A stretch of 64,000 nucleotides of DNA from an uncultured cyanobacterium (GCA_963803805.1 CAWDOD010000010.1:224001-288000); one strand, 5' to 3'; shown: positions 9,668-21,855, counted from the first letter of the stretch. Made by a program: numbers and translations. The notes: generated from the sequence alone by a model not told the origin.

Positions 9668-12600
9668 CTTCCTTTCAGCTTAACCAAAACATTTTGTAAA
9701 GCTAGTTTTACTCTCTCATATTCTTGTTGAAGTTGAGAATTAACTTCTTGTGAATTAGTCAGAGAATTTTCACACCCCATTGTTTCTAAATCTTGACATA
9801 ATTGGGAAAACTTCAGCGCTCCTAAAGTAGCACTACTAGACTTCAACAAGTGAGCAGTATTTTCTATAACTGTTGCTTCTTTTCGCTTAACAGCTTGGTT
9901 GATATTTTCTAGTTGTTTAGTAGTTTCTTCAAGATAAACTTCTACCAAATCCAAGCATTCTTGGGTATCATTATCAAGAGCGTTAAAAGTGTCTTGAAGC
10001 TGGTTAGTATCAATGGCAGATGGCAAGTTATGTTTCACTGTTTTGCTGTCGCTATCTTTTTGCTTAACCTCTAAAGGTGGGCATTGCTGAATAACCTGAA
10101 CCAAGTCTTCTAATCTAATCGGTTTACTCAGATAATTATCCATCCCCGCAGCTAAACATCTTTCCCTATCCCCCTGCATTGCATTAGCTGTCATAGCTGC
10201 AATATAAGGACGAGAGCTAGGTTCAATTTCTTGACAAATTATTTGAGTCGCCTTTAAACCGTCCATTTCTGGCATATGCACATCCATAAAAATCAGGTCA
10301 TAACTTTGTTTTTTTAAAGCTTTTATCACCTCAATACCATTAATAACCACATTCGCTCGATAACCCATTTTGTCCAAAATAGTTAGAGCCAGTTTTTGGT
10401 TAACTAAATTGTCTTCAGCGAGAAGAATATTAAGAGGATGTTTACTAGCCAATTCGCTATCGATGGTGATGCTTTCCGGGCGAGGTTGGCTTATTTTCGT
10501 TACCTGCCCCCCCAAAATTTTTGCTAAAATATTATAAAGTTGAGATTGCTTAATTGGCTTGTTTAAACAGGCAGCAAAATCGACTTTTTCAGCTTCGGCG
10601 ACTATTTCTGACTTACCAATGGAAGTTAACATTACCAGAGGTAAATGGGACTTTAAGGGTAGGTTGTGGATTTTTGTAGCTAGGGTTAAACCATCCATAG
10701 CTGGCATCTGCATATCTAAAATAGCCAGATCGAAAGTTTCGCCTTTTTGCAATAATTCTAAGGCTTTCTGCCCTGATGATGCAGTGCGAGAACTCATGCC
10801 CCAAGATTGAGCTTGGATAGAAAGAATTTTGCAGTTGGTAACATTGTCATCCACAATCAGAAGGTGCTTGCCTGCCATTTGGGAGTAATCAGTAACCAAA
10901 TTAGGGGAAGTATAGTTTATAACTTCCCTTGCCATAATCGTAAAAAAGAAAGTGGAACCTTTACCCACTTCGCTTTCTAACCACATTTTGCCCCCCATCA
11001 TTTCACAAAGCTGGCGGCAAATAGCTAAACCTAATCCTGTACCACCATATTCGCGGGTGGTGGAAGAGTCTACTTGACTGAAAGGTTCAAAGAGGCAGTT
11101 TTTACGTTCCTGGGGAATGCCAATACCTGTATCCTTAACGGCAAAACGGATCTCTGTGGCTTGGCTATCTGATTTGTAAGCCTCTACAAAAACAATCACT
11201 TCTCCTGTGGAAGTGAATTTAATAGCATTGCTGAGTAAGTTGACTAAGATCTGCCGCAACCGAGTAGTATCTCCCAGAATAGTTTGGGGGGTATGGGGAG
11301 CAATTTGATAAGCTAACTCCAACTGCTTCTGGGCAGCTTTAGCTGCTAATAAGTCAAGGGATTCTTCAATGCAAGTCCTTAATTCAAAAGGATGCTGTTC
11401 TAATTCCAGTTTGCCAGATTCAATTTTGGAAAAGTCGAGGATGTCATTGATAATGGTGAGGAGGGTATTGCCACTATTGCGGATTGTTTCAACAAAATCT
11501 CTTTGTTGCAAGGAAAGTTCTGTATCTGTGAGCAAGTCTGTCATACCAATAACCGCATTCATGGGGGTGCGTATTTCATGACTCATGGTGGCTAGAAATT
11601 CACCTTTAGCTATGGTTCCTGCTAAGGCTTCATCCCTAGCTTTAGCTAACTCTGTGGCTGCTTGTAAACGTTCAATTTCTCCACCAATCCACTGTGCCAT
11701 TAGCCTTAATAATTCTCGATCTAGGGCTTTAAACGGTTTAATGCGGGGATTGACACTACTAAAACTGAGAGTGCCGTAAATTTGCTCTCCCACAAACACT
11801 GGCACTCCCATATAAGCTTCTAGCTTGAAAGCCTGATAACAGGGGTGTTCTCTCCAAGCAGAGTTGCTAGCGCAGGCAAAAGAGATGGGTTTCGCTGCTG
11901 CAATGGTTTCTTGACAATAGGTTTGCTTTAAGTTGAGGATTGTGCCTTGAACATTGACTTTGTTGGGTAGTTGGGCGGCAACTATCTCATAACACTCTGC
12001 TTCAACATGGGCTAAAATCCCTAAACCTAAGCCAAATTCTCGACAACCAAAAGCCAATAGTTTACAGAGAGTTTGCTCAAAGTCAGCTTGCTGACAGGCA
12101 GTGATCTCATAGAGGGTGCGGATGGCAGATTCACTAGCCCTCAATTCCTGTTCTACCTGCTTTTGTGCGGTAATATCAAAAATGACTCCATCTAAGTAAA
12201 CTTTTTGAGTATTTTCTTCCCAATTACCTTGACCTTTTTCATATACCCAACAGATACTACCATCTGCCCTAACCAGGCGATATTCTAGTATAAAAGATTT
12301 TTTAGTCTGAATACTGCTTTCGATTTTTGCTTTAACTTTAGCAATATCTTCAGGATGAATAATGCTATTAAAGCTACGTACTTGGTTATTAATAAAATCA
12401 GTACTAGGATAACCAGAAAGAGAAGCAATTTCTTGGCTAATATAAATCATTGTCCAATCTTGCTCCCAAAGACAACGATAAATGGCTCCGGGGAGATTGT
12501 CTACTAAAGAATGAAATCTAGCATCCCTATTTTTCAAAGAAACCAGAGTCTGCTTTCTTTTGGTAATATCTTCTACGAACCCTTCATAGTAGAGGATTTC

Positions 12601-13029
12601 CCCGGTTTCATCTGTAATAGCGCGGGTATGTTCACAAATCCAAATAATGCTACCATCCCGGCGATAAACTTGGGATTCAAATTGAGAAACAACTCCCTCT
12701 TTAGCCATGATGCGGAGAAACTCTTCCCGTCGCTGTGGAGAAACGTAAAGATTTTTGGCAATATCTGTAAGCTGAGCTATTAATTCTTCTGGAGAATTGT
12801 AGCCATAAATGTTAGCTAAAGTTTGATTAACTTTAAGGAATTTTCCTGGGGCGCTGGTTTGGAAAATACCAACAACAGTATTGTTAAAGATACTATGATA
12901 CTTTTTTTCCTTATCTTGGAGGGCTGCTTCTGCTTGTTCACATCTTGCTGTTAACTCCGCCAACTTTTCGTTAGCTGAGGTAAGCTGAAGTTTTTGCTGG
13001 GTGACTAACTTTTGTAGTTTGTTACTCAT
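9655..13029 (-). CDS. Hybrid sensor histidine kinase (PAS-PAS-GAF-HisKA-HATPase-REC-REC-Hpt)
   Basis: [26 protein letters not shown], two receivers (DMQMP, DVHMP), AHLLKSSS Hpt. Confidence 0.92.
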   Translation of the reverse strand: MSNKLQKLVTQQKLQLTSANEKLAELTARCEQAEAALQDKEKKYHSIFNNTVVGIFQTSAPGKFLKVNQTLANIYGYNSPEELIAQLTDIAKNLYVSPQRREEFLRIMAKEGVVSQFESQVYRRDGSIIWICEHTRAITDETGEILYYEGFVEDITKRKQTLVSLKNRDARFHSLVDNLPGAIYRCLWEQDWTMIYISQEIASLSGYPSTDFINNQVRSFNSIIHPEDIAKVKAKIESSIQTKKSFILEYRLVRADGSICWVYEKGQGNWEENTQKVYLDGVIFDITAQKQVEQELRASESAIRTLYEITACQQADFEQTLCKLLAFGCREFGLGLGILAHVEAECYEIVAAQLPNKVNVQGTILNLKQTYCQETIAAAKPISFACASNSAWREHPCYQAFKLEAYMGVPVFVGEQIYGTLSFSSVNPRIKPFKALDRELLRLMAQWIGGEIERLQAATELAKARDEALAGTIAKGEFLATMSHEIRTPMNAVIGMTDLLTDTELSLQQRDFVETIRNSGNTLLTIINDILDFSKIESGKLELEQHPFELRTCIEESLDLLAAKAAQKQLELAYQIAPHTPQTILGDTTRLRQILVNLLSNAIKFTSTGEVIVFVEAYKSDSQATEIRFAVKDTGIGIPQERKNCLFEPFSQVDSSTTREYGGTGLGLAICRQLCEMMGGKMWLESEVGKGSTFFFTIMAREVINYTSPNLVTDYSQMAGKHLLIVDDNVTNCKILSIQAQSWGMSSRTASSGQKALELLQKGETFDLAILDMQMPAMDGLTLATKIHNLPLKSHLPLVMLTSIGKSEIVAEAEKVDFAACLNKPIKQSQLYNILAKILGGQVTKISQPRPESITIDSELASKHPLNILLAEDNLVNQKLALTILDKMGYRANVVINGIEVIKALKKQSYDLIFMDVHMPEMDGLKATQIICQEIEPSSRPYIAAMTANAMQGDRERCLAAGMDNYLSKPIRLEDLVQVIQQCPPLEVKQKDSDSKTVKHNLPSAIDTNQLQDTFNALDNDTQECLDLVEVYLEETTKQLENINQAVKRKEATVIENTAHLLKSSSATLGALKFSQLCQDLETMGCENSLTNSQEVNSQLQQEYERVKLALQNVLVKLKGRIDN

Positions 13030-13102
13030 TATCTAGAACAGAAGAGCTTTTCTTTGTGAGCCATGTTTATTGGTTATAGCTTAGAACAGTATAAATCAAC
13101 CA

Positions 13103-13960
13103 CTAAATTGAGCCGTGATCATGATCTGGTTTTGAGGAAGCTTTTCCTTCTAACAAATCTACTAGTAATAAATTTCTTCTCTCTTTTTTACGCTTTTCTA
13201 TACGTTGTCGTAGAGAATTTTCTTGCTTTTGTTTTTCATGGGAAGCCACCCAAGATAAGGTAATTGAAAGAGCAACTAAACTAAAAAACATAGCGATAAA
13301 TACTTCTGCCATCACCACAGTTTTTGCCAATAAAGAAACAGGATGAATATCTCCGTAACCAACGGTAGAAAAAGTGATTACTGAAAAGTAAATTGAGAGT
13401 AAACCATCTCTTAATCCCCAAAAATGCTCTGGATTAGAACGAAACATTTCTGCATAGAGACTAGAGAAACCAACAATAACAGTTAAAAAGCCGAGAAATA
13501 AAAATAGAAGGAGAAAATGTAATTGGTTAATAGAAGGAACAAATTGATATTCAAAAAACTTTTTGCCATCTTGTTGTAATTCGCATTCTAATTCTGAACC
13601 TGCACCAACAATAAGTTCTGTGACAATTAAAATAACTAGAGTCAATCCACAAATAATGCTTGCACTAGAAGCAATTAAATCAGGCCAAGAAAAGTTATTT
13701 TGAGGAAAGATAGGGATAAAAGTAATGCGAAGGCAACAGAGTAAAATGACGCCTGCTGCGATCGCTAAAGACTTGCGAGATAAAATCAGGTTGCTATGGC
13801 GGCTACTTTGCTGACAAGCAATTAATTTTGCTTCTTTGTTCTCTGTTAAAGAAGAATCTTCTAACCTGTCTAAGAGTAAATATTCAATTAGCTGACTTAA
13901 TTTATCTTCCCCTAGTAAATCTTGGAGCTTCTTTTTCAAGGCTTGGTCTTTGTCAGTCAT
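13103..13960 (-). CDS. Potassium channel family protein
   Basis: YFSVITFSTVGYGD selectivity filter flanked by TM helices. Confidence 0.85.
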   Translation of the reverse strand: MTDKDQALKKKLQDLLGEDKLSQLIEYLLLDRLEDSSLTENKEAKLIACQQSSRHSNLILSRKSLAIAAGVILLCCLRITFIPIFPQNNFSWPDLIASSASIICGLTLVILIVTELIVGAGSELECELQQDGKKFFEYQFVPSINQLHFLLLFLFLGFLTVIVGFSSLYAEMFRSNPEHFWGLRDGLLSIYFSVITFSTVGYGDIHPVSLLAKTVVMAEVFIAMFFSLVALSITLSWVASHEKQKQENSLRQRIEKRKKERRNLLLVDLLEGKASSKPDHDHGSI

Positions 13961-14056
13961 ATCTATAAAACAAAATATAAAAATTATTTAAACTTAGCTA
14001 TTTTTAATGATAGAATAAAATATTATCTTAATAGTAATATAGACTACCGCCAAGCA

Positions 14057-14503
14057 GTGACCAACAAAACAAACTCCCTGCCTGAAGGCCCTGGAATTGC
14101 CCTCTCATTCCTCTATTATTTTTCCACCACAACCATGATTGTGGCCTTTTTCTGTTCCCAAAGTCTTGGTACAGGTATGCTCTCTCCCCTTCCCTATCGT
14201 TACGGCATGATTTGTGGTGTTTTAACAGGAACCATCGGGGCTTATTTAAACCGTAGCAAGACTATTTCCACTTCCTTGAAAACGAGCCGTGCCAAGCAAG
14301 AATTCAGTAAAAAACTGCAACAAACTTTAGTAGAAATGGGATTTGAAGAAAAGTATAGAGAAGAAGACTATACTATTTATGGTAAATCTTCTCTCAGCTC
14401 ATTCTTCACCGGGAAAGTATTCGCTCAAATCGACAAGAAAGAAGCCACAATCATTGGCAGAGCGACAGATTTGAAGAAGTTGAGTAAAAAGTTGGAGATT
14501 TGA
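14057..14503 (+). CDS. Hypothetical membrane protein
   Basis: ORF 13922-14503; GTG at 14057 chosen to avoid head-to-head overlap with the K+ channel gene; two hydrophobic segments. Confidence 0.6.
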   Translation: MTNKTNSLPEGPGIALSFLYYFSTTTMIVAFFCSQSLGTGMLSPLPYRYGMICGVLTGTIGAYLNRSKTISTSLKTSRAKQEFSKKLQQTLVEMGFEEKYREEDYTIYGKSSLSSFFTGKVFAQIDKKEATIIGRATDLKKLSKKLEI

Positions 14504-14582
14504 AGGGAGTAGGGAATAGCGTTTGGCAAAAGTAATAAGTAATAAGTTAAGAAGATGGTTTCGCTCATTTGTTATCAACTAA

Positions 14583-14618
14583 CCATTAGCAACTAGCAAC
14601 TAGCCATTAGCCATTAGC
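14583..14618. repeat. Heptamer repeats (CCATTAG/CAACTAG) overlapping the mtnA 3' end
   Basis: ccattag caactag caactag ccattag ccattag. Confidence 0.8.
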
Positions 14619-15646
14619 AAATCTTCCGGTTTAAATGCACCTTTTTCAGTAATAATCCCTGTAATTAAATTTGCTGGAGTAACATCGAACGCGGGATTAT
14701 AATAATCAACCCCTTCAGGACATATTGTCGTAGTGCCAATTTGATAAATTTCTCGCTCATCTCTTTCTTCAATAGGAATTTCTTCCCCCCCAGCTAGCTT
14801 AAAATCAACGGTAGACAATGGTGCAGCCACAAAGAAAGGGACATCATGGGCTTTGGCTAACACTGCTAAACCGTAAGTACCAATTTTATTCGCTGCATCG
14901 CCGTTTGCAGCAATGCGATCTGCCCCCACAACCACTGCATCAATCAACCCTTGCTTCAGACAATGGGCAGCCATATTATCAGTAATAACTGTCACCGGAA
15001 TCCCTTCTTGAACACATTCCCAGGCTGTTAATTTAGCCCCTTGCAGACGAGGACGAGTCTCATCAGCATAAACCCTAGCTAGCCTGTTTTCCCGCCAAGC
15101 AGAGCGAATTACCCCTAATGCTGTACCATAACCAGCCGTAGCTAAAGCCCCGGCGTTGCAATGGGTAAGAATAGTTAACTGTGAAGGAGTAGGAGGTAAA
15201 ACTTCTAAGGCGCGATCGCCTATTTGCCTACAAGTGGATAAATCTTCTGTTTGAATAGTTTGGGCTGTTTTGAGTAATGCTGCTTTTATTTCTGCTACAG
15301 AACCTGGAGTTATTTTAGCTTGTTGTAACATCCGTTCAATAGCCCAAAACAAGTTTACTGCGGTGGGGCGAGTCTGACGTAACTTTTGAGCAACTTCTTC
15401 TAATTCAGCTAAAAACAAATCTCGCTTTTCGGTGGCAATTTCTGTTGCCCCCAAATACATTCCATAAGCAGCCGCCACACCAATAGCCGGCGCACCCCGT
15501 ACAATCATCGTTTTAATTGCCTTAGCCATTTCTAAACTACTTTTGATGGCAATGGTTGTATATTCTTGAGGCAATTTGGTTTGATCAATCAGTACAACCT
15601 GATCTTCTTGCCAAATTACCGGATAAATTGTTTTAGTATGATTCAT
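14600..15646 (-). CDS. mtnA: S-methyl-5-thioribose-1-phosphate isomerase
   Basis: [41 protein letters not shown]. Confidence 0.95.
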   Translation of the reverse strand: MNHTKTIYPVIWQEDQVVLIDQTKLPQEYTTIAIKSSLEMAKAIKTMIVRGAPAIGVAAAYGMYLGATEIATEKRDLFLAELEEVAQKLRQTRPTAVNLFWAIERMLQQAKITPGSVAEIKAALLKTAQTIQTEDLSTCRQIGDRALEVLPPTPSQLTILTHCNAGALATAGYGTALGVIRSAWRENRLARVYADETRPRLQGAKLTAWECVQEGIPVTVITDNMAAHCLKQGLIDAVVVGADRIAANGDAANKIGTYGLAVLAKAHDVPFFVAAPLSTVDFKLAGGEEIPIEERDEREIYQIGTTTICPEGVDYYNPAFDVTPANLITGIITEKGAFKPEDLLMANG

Positions 15647-15759
15647 AGTAATATTCTCCGTTTACCCAAGTTACAAAACAAATCTAATTGTCCCTTCTTT
15701 GAGTCGCGCTTAACAGAAGTTAAATAAGAAGATGAGAGAAAAGCTGTTAATTGATAATC

Positions 15760-16044
15760 TTATGATTCAGCATCATGTATTTCTCGTCCTAAAGCCAAAG
15801 TTAACTTGGCACAGAGGACTGTAATCCAACCTATCCAAATCCTCTCATCAATCTTACCAAACAATAATAGACCACTTGGTTCTACCGAAGCCGAGATATA
15901 CTGCTCGTCCTCTTCAGTACCAAACCAGTAAGGATAGTCATGACTATCAACCCAACCATCCATTTCCTGATAGACAGTACTAACTTTTTCCCAATCAGAA
16001 TCAGAAAGGTTATAGGGTAGATTTAGGGTTATTGTTTGTTTCAT
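15760..16044 (-). CDS. Hypothetical protein
   Basis: 94 aa ORF with natural composition (ASVEPSGL); no family recognised. Confidence 0.6.
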   Translation of the reverse strand: MKQTITLNLPYNLSDSDWEKVSTVYQEMDGWVDSHDYPYWFGTEEDEQYISASVEPSGLLLFGKIDERIWIGWITVLCAKLTLALGREIHDAES

Positions 16045-16174
16045 ATTTACGCACTTCGTAGAGTGAAAATGGGAACGACATTTTTTCTGTTAGCCTCACG
16101 CTTTTTTTATTCGATATTACTAGTAAAAAGCGGCAGATCAATTCCCTATAGCCTAACGGCAACGTTTCACGAAC

Positions 16175-16195
16175 GCATAGCGTCTCCGTAGGAGA
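16175..16195 (+). repeat. Small dispersed repeat, copy 1
   Basis: GCATAGCGTCTCCGTAGGAGA, 18/21 identical to the reverse complement of 54610-54630. Confidence 0.6.
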
Positions 16196-16331
16196 TGCCC
16201 TACCCTAACAGATAAGTCATGCCGCCTGTGCAGGATTCGGCATAAATATCCTTCGGACTCAAAAAGATTCTTAAAGATACTTTTTTTTTGCCCCTGAAGC
16301 CTTATCCTAAATCCGGAGACTGAATCTTTGA

Positions 16332-17633
<1,302 letters not shown>

Positions 17634-17643
17634 TACTATTTTT

Positions 17644-17810
17644 GGCGTTGCTGATTTAAGGTATGAATCCGAAGATGATACTGCTCGTTGTTGGTTGTTA
17701 GTTTAGTCTGGCGACAAGGAAATGCGCCTATAGCTAGGAAGCTAACTTTTACACCTGCATCTGAGATTATCAAAGTAATTCGTTTTTTCATACCTCTATC
17801 CAGCAACGCC
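17644..17810. mobile_element. MITE (167 bp) with 24-bp imperfect terminal inverted repeats
   Basis: Left GGCGTTGCTGATTTAAGGTATGAA vs reverse complement of right end GGCGTTGCTGGATAGAGGTATGAA; flanks ctattttt / ccattttc may be a degenerate TSD. Confidence 0.8.
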
Positions 17811-17893
17811 CCATTTTCTTCCTCTTGTATAAAGGGATCACTTGGTTTAGAAAAGCGTATACTTATTAAGCCAAATTCCTGAAATTTGGCTGC

Positions 17894-18730
17894 TTATATG
17901 CCGTCAATGAAACCAGGTTGCAAGTCAAAGGAATATTTATAGGTGGGGAGTTTGGCTACTTTTTGATAGCCAAAAGCTGATACCCAATCAGCATATTCTT
18001 GAGTGAAGACTGCTCCTTCAGTGAGTTCAATAATGTCTGTCAATCCTTTTCTTGTCCCTTGGTCGTCAACAAAGGCTGTCCAAGAAAAACTGCTAAAGAT
18101 ATCGTATTTGTTGTTCGCGTATTCAGCAATTAAGAAGGTATCGAAGTTGAATGTTTGAGCAAAACCAGTACTCGAATTAGGAGAGTCGTTTAATAATAGT
18201 TCTGATGGAGTTAAACCATCTGGTGAAGTTGTTAAATGCTTTTCAAGAAGTCCATTCTCAAAAAAGAGTTTTCCATCAGGCAGTTCAAAAACTCCTCCTG
18301 GTCTTGGGTTAGCTTGTGACAGATTGCTAGGTTTGCTTTCATCCCAATACCAAGGTTTGTTATCTGCCCATTGAATACCAAGCCCTCCTGGGGGTGGCTC
18401 GACCAGAGGATCTACTATTCCTGGAGTATTGGGGTCTATGCTTACTATTTGCAACCAGTTAATACCTATTGCTCCGTTAAGAGTGTTTTGTAAGAAATCT
18501 GTATAAGACTCATTTGTCGTCGTGGTAAAGCTAGCAGTAATTCCAAAACCCCCTGCCTGTCTGGTACTGGGTGTAACCTCAACAAGCAAATCTCCAACCT
18601 TACTATTCTCTACTATTGGATCGAAGCTGATATCATCTCCTACCTTCAAGGCTGCTCCCAAAGCTGAATAATTCGGTAGCAATATTGAAGAAAGTATGCT
18701 CAAACTGGTTAGAATTGTTGTTTGTTTCAT
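17894..18730 (-). CDS. Hypothetical secreted protein
   Basis: Signal-peptide-like N-terminus; acidic, beta-rich body; no recognisable sorting tail. Confidence 0.65.
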   Translation of the reverse strand: MKQTTILTSLSILSSILLPNYSALGAALKVGDDISFDPIVENSKVGDLLVEVTPSTRQAGGFGITASFTTTTNESYTDFLQNTLNGAIGINWLQIVSIDPNTPGIVDPLVEPPPGGLGIQWADNKPWYWDESKPSNLSQANPRPGGVFELPDGKLFFENGLLEKHLTTSPDGLTPSELLLNDSPNSSTGFAQTFNFDTFLIAEYANNKYDIFSSFSWTAFVDDQGTRKGLTDIIELTEGAVFTQEYADWVSAFGYQKVAKLPTYKYSFDLQPGFIDGI

Positions 18731-18786
18731 GTTGTTTATCCTAAATTTTTACAACTAAATTGGGCTGTAACAGTTTTATAAATCCG

Positions 18787-19581
18787 CTACTGACCAAATA
18801 TTCTCTCAGGAAACTTTTCTACGATCTTGCGAGTTTGCAGATCAAATTTTATTGCACCAGAAGCTATACTGCCATCATCCATATAGAAACGGGCATTTGA
18901 TACTAAATAGTACTTTGAATCATCAGAAAAAAGTCCAATTGTTCTTGGCTCAAGAGAAGGACGCTCAGCAATTTCTATCTCACTACAGCTTTGGAGATCA
19001 TAAAGTCCAGATGATAGTGGTGGTTCTTTATAATATTCACTCTCCGGCTCGAAAAAAACAACAAAAAGAACAGCTAAGTAACGACCATCTGGAGATAAGC
19101 GGAAATAACCATTTTCTAGTTGTTCTAGAATACTTCCTATTTGACATTTTGAATCTAATTCCGGATAACTATAAGTAAGAATTTGTTCTTCTTTCTCTAC
19201 ATAAGTAACCATTCTGTTGTTTTGCCCCTCAAAAAAGTTATACATCCGCCCTTCAACACGACCAATCTCTTCACCCGTTTCCAAGTTCCAGAAAACTGTC
19301 TGTTCTTTCTGTGCCGCAGCAATAGTTTTACCCTCATCTAAGATAAATGTTTCTTCTATTACTCCTCCTTCCTCGATCTGAAAAGTATTAACTACTTCCC
19401 CAGAATCAGCATCAACAACAGTGACTTTTCCTGCCTCGTCTCCACTAACTTGATAACGCTCTTCAGGATTTGCTTTAATAGGAATACTACTTAATCCCAA
19501 AAAAGTTGCTGCTATTAACAAAGCAGTAGAAGTGCGACGAAGATTTTCAGATAGTTTGTTTAAGTTGAACATAGCAAGCAT
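18787..19581 (-). CDS. Secreted beta-propeller (WD40-like) protein
   Basis: Signal peptide; VFWNLETGEE, LSPDGRYLAV and FSDDSKY blade-like motifs. Confidence 0.6.
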   Translation of the reverse strand: MLAMFNLNKLSENLRRTSTALLIAATFLGLSSIPIKANPEERYQVSGDEAGKVTVVDADSGEVVNTFQIEEGGVIEETFILDEGKTIAAAQKEQTVFWNLETGEEIGRVEGRMYNFFEGQNNRMVTYVEKEEQILTYSYPELDSKCQIGSILEQLENGYFRLSPDGRYLAVLFVVFFEPESEYYKEPPLSSGLYDLQSCSEIEIAERPSLEPRTIGLFSDDSKYYLVSNARFYMDDGSIASGAIKFDLQTRKIVEKFPERIFGQ

Positions 19582-19996
19582 AATACCTTAATAAAAAAGG
19601 GAACAAGTAATAAATACTCTCTATTTTAGATGTCTTTAGTTTCAAGAAACTCCCTTAATTTGATTCCTATATCAAACTATAAAAACTGTATTTAATTTTC
19701 TTGAGAGGATTTACTTAAATTAGAATTTATTTGATTAAGAGATATCAATATTTTTTGTTGACTATACCTGGGGAAGATGAAAAGATTATTCTCTGTTTAG
19801 TAACTTATTAATCCCCAATCTTTTTCGCTTCTAAACTTTAACTAAACAAAATTCTACGAAAGGTGTATTCACCATACCTCTCCAGAAATCTTCATACAAA
19901 GGTGTACCAAATGAATCTATTGACGAGTTGTATGTCAAGCGAATCTGATAGATACTCAACTTTAAATAAGCGCGATCGCTGGCAACGGCAATCACT

Positions 19997-20028
19997 CTAA
20001 TGGCTAATGGCTAATGGCTAATGGCTAA
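19997..20028. repeat. Heptamer tandem repeat (CTAATGG) x4
   Basis: ctaatgg x4 followed by ctaa. Confidence 0.9.
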
Positions 20029-20031
20029 GAC

Positions 20032-20090
20032 GGGCGACCCAATTTAAACTCTGGTTTGTTGATAACATTTGGGAAACGGGTCGCCCCTAC
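20032..20090. repeat. REP-like inverted repeat downstream of hom
   Basis: GGGCGACCC ... GGGTCGCCC-CTAC (GTAG foot on the minus strand). Confidence 0.6.
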
Positions 20091-20093
20091 CTC

Positions 20094-21392
20094 CTACAAC
20101 ACCCGTACAATACTCGGTACACTATTAATCGCTGCTAACTCCTGAATCTCTGCCATCGCTTGTCGGAAGTTTCCTTCCTTAACATCGTGGGTAACAACAA
20201 CAATTTCTGCTAACTTATTTTGAAAACCGATTTGGACAATGGATTCTAAACTAACTTGATGATTGCCGAAGCAGGTTCCTAAATGGCCAATTACACCAGG
20301 GTTATCTTCAGTGAGAAAGCGGACATAGAAGCGAGTAACCAGTTCTTCTATAGGAGTTACAGTAAAGTATTCTTGGTGGGAACAACTAAAGAGGGGGTGG
20401 TTTTGTTTAGTTTGGTTGCCACTATTTTTTAGGGTTGCCACAATGTTAAGGATATCGGACACTACAGCACTCGCCGTTGCACCTGCACCTGCACCAGGAC
20501 CAAAAAACATTACTTGTCCTAAAGGTTCCCCAGCCACTAAAATAGCATTGTAGACATCGTTGATGCTCGCTAAGGGATGGTCTTTAGGTAAGAAGGTGGG
20601 ATGTACCCTAACTTGAAGTTCTTTGCTTTGAGCATCTTCCCTTTGAGCGATCGCCAATAACTTAATCACAAAACCTAATTTATCTGCATAGGTAATATCT
20701 GCTGCACTGCAACCGCGAATGCCTTCACAATGAACCTCATCTAATTTGATGCGTCCTCCAAAAGCCAAGGAAGCGAGAATGGCAATTTTATCGGCGGCAT
20801 CTAAACCATCTACATCAGCAGTAGGATCTGCTTCGGCATAACCTAATCTTTGGGCATCTGCTAAAACTTCAGCAAAGTCAGCCCCTTCTGCTGTCATGCG
20901 GGTAAGAATATAGTTGGTTGTACCGTTAACAATGCCAATTATGCTATTAAGGCGGTTGACACCCAGGGATTGCTTCAAAGGTTGAATTACTGGAATTCCT
21001 CCCCCCACCGCAGCTTCTATAAAAACATAAACCCCAGCTTGATTAGCAGCAGTAAAAATTTCATCACCATAGCGGGAAATAACGGCTTTGTTAGCGGTGA
21101 CAATATGTTTACCTTTGGCTATAGCTTTGAGAATGAGCGATCGCGCTGGCTCTAATCCCCCAATTAATTCCACGATAATATCTACATCGGGATTGGTAAC
21201 GATACTCTCCAAATCATCACTGATCACTTCTGGAGGCAACTGTACCTTCCTAGCTTTAGAGAGCGATCGCACCCCACAAGCACTAATTTCAATCTCTTTT
21301 AATAAAGAATGGCGACCATCGGGACTCAACAAGATCTCGGCTGTCCCCGTACCCACCGTACCTAATCCTAGTAAACCAACTTTAAAAGTCAA
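20094..21392 (-). CDS. hom: Homoserine dehydrogenase
   Basis: GLGTVG, VTANKA, EAAVGGGIP, GIVNGTTNYIL, GYAEADP, C-terminal ACT domain; TTG start. Confidence 0.95.
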   Translation of the reverse strand: MTFKVGLLGLGTVGTGTAEILLSPDGRHSLLKEIEISACGVRSLSKARKVQLPPEVISDDLESIVTNPDVDIIVELIGGLEPARSLILKAIAKGKHIVTANKAVISRYGDEIFTAANQAGVYVFIEAAVGGGIPVIQPLKQSLGVNRLNSIIGIVNGTTNYILTRMTAEGADFAEVLADAQRLGYAEADPTADVDGLDAADKIAILASLAFGGRIKLDEVHCEGIRGCSAADITYADKLGFVIKLLAIAQREDAQSKELQVRVHPTFLPKDHPLASINDVYNAILVAGEPLGQVMFFGPGAGAGATASAVVSDILNIVATLKNSGNQTKQNHPLFSCSHQEYFTVTPIEELVTRFYVRFLTEDNPGVIGHLGTCFGNHQVSLESIVQIGFQNKLAEIVVVTHDVKEGNFRQAMAEIQELAAINSVPSIVRVL

Positions 21393-21434
21393 AATAAATA
21401 TCCTTACTAATAGCTTTTTTACTCTAATACCATT

Positions 21435-21848
21435 TTGCCTAAGTCAATGATCAGTTATCAATATTCTAGCGATGAGGCTAAAGAAACAGTGAAACAATTA
21501 TCTCAAGGTAAAGTTGATTTAGCTACTCTATTTTTTGGGGCAACGGAAGTAGCAAGGCGACACGCTTTGAAAGATTTATCTTTAAGGATACCTGGTCGTC
21601 CTGTGGTAGGTTTTATTTATATGTATATATTCTTAAAAGGCTTCTTAGATGGTAAAGCTGGTTTTGTTTGGTGTGTTTTACAAGCTTTTTATGAATATTT
21701 AATTACTCTTAAAGTTTGGGAAATACGTAACAATCAATCTTGCTTAACTGAGGAACGAAATAAACTAGATTATGATTTCCAGGAGTTACATTCTTTACCC
21801 TTAAAAGCTATTAGCCAAAAGGAGGATTTAAGTTTAAGTAATAATTGA
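21435..21848 (+). pseudogene. C-terminal fragment of a family 2 glycosyltransferase
   Basis: YSSDEA...RRHALKDLSLRIPGRP...GFLDGKAGF..CVLQAFYEY is the usual GT2 tail; the catalytic N-terminal part is absent. Confidence 0.65.
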
Positions 21849-21855
21849 GAAAAAA

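Noticed and set aside
13922-14056. 5' extension of the 13922-14503 ORF
   Set aside because: Overlaps the divergent K+ channel start and reads through AT-rich promoter-like DNA; GTG at 14057 is more plausible.
17688-17882. 64-aa ORF after eno
   Set aside because: Starts inside the MITE and crosses its TIR; no protein-like motif.
19997-20028. Heptamer arrays here and elsewhere as CRISPR repeats
   Set aside because: 7-bp units with no spacers; ordinary cyanobacterial short tandem repeats.
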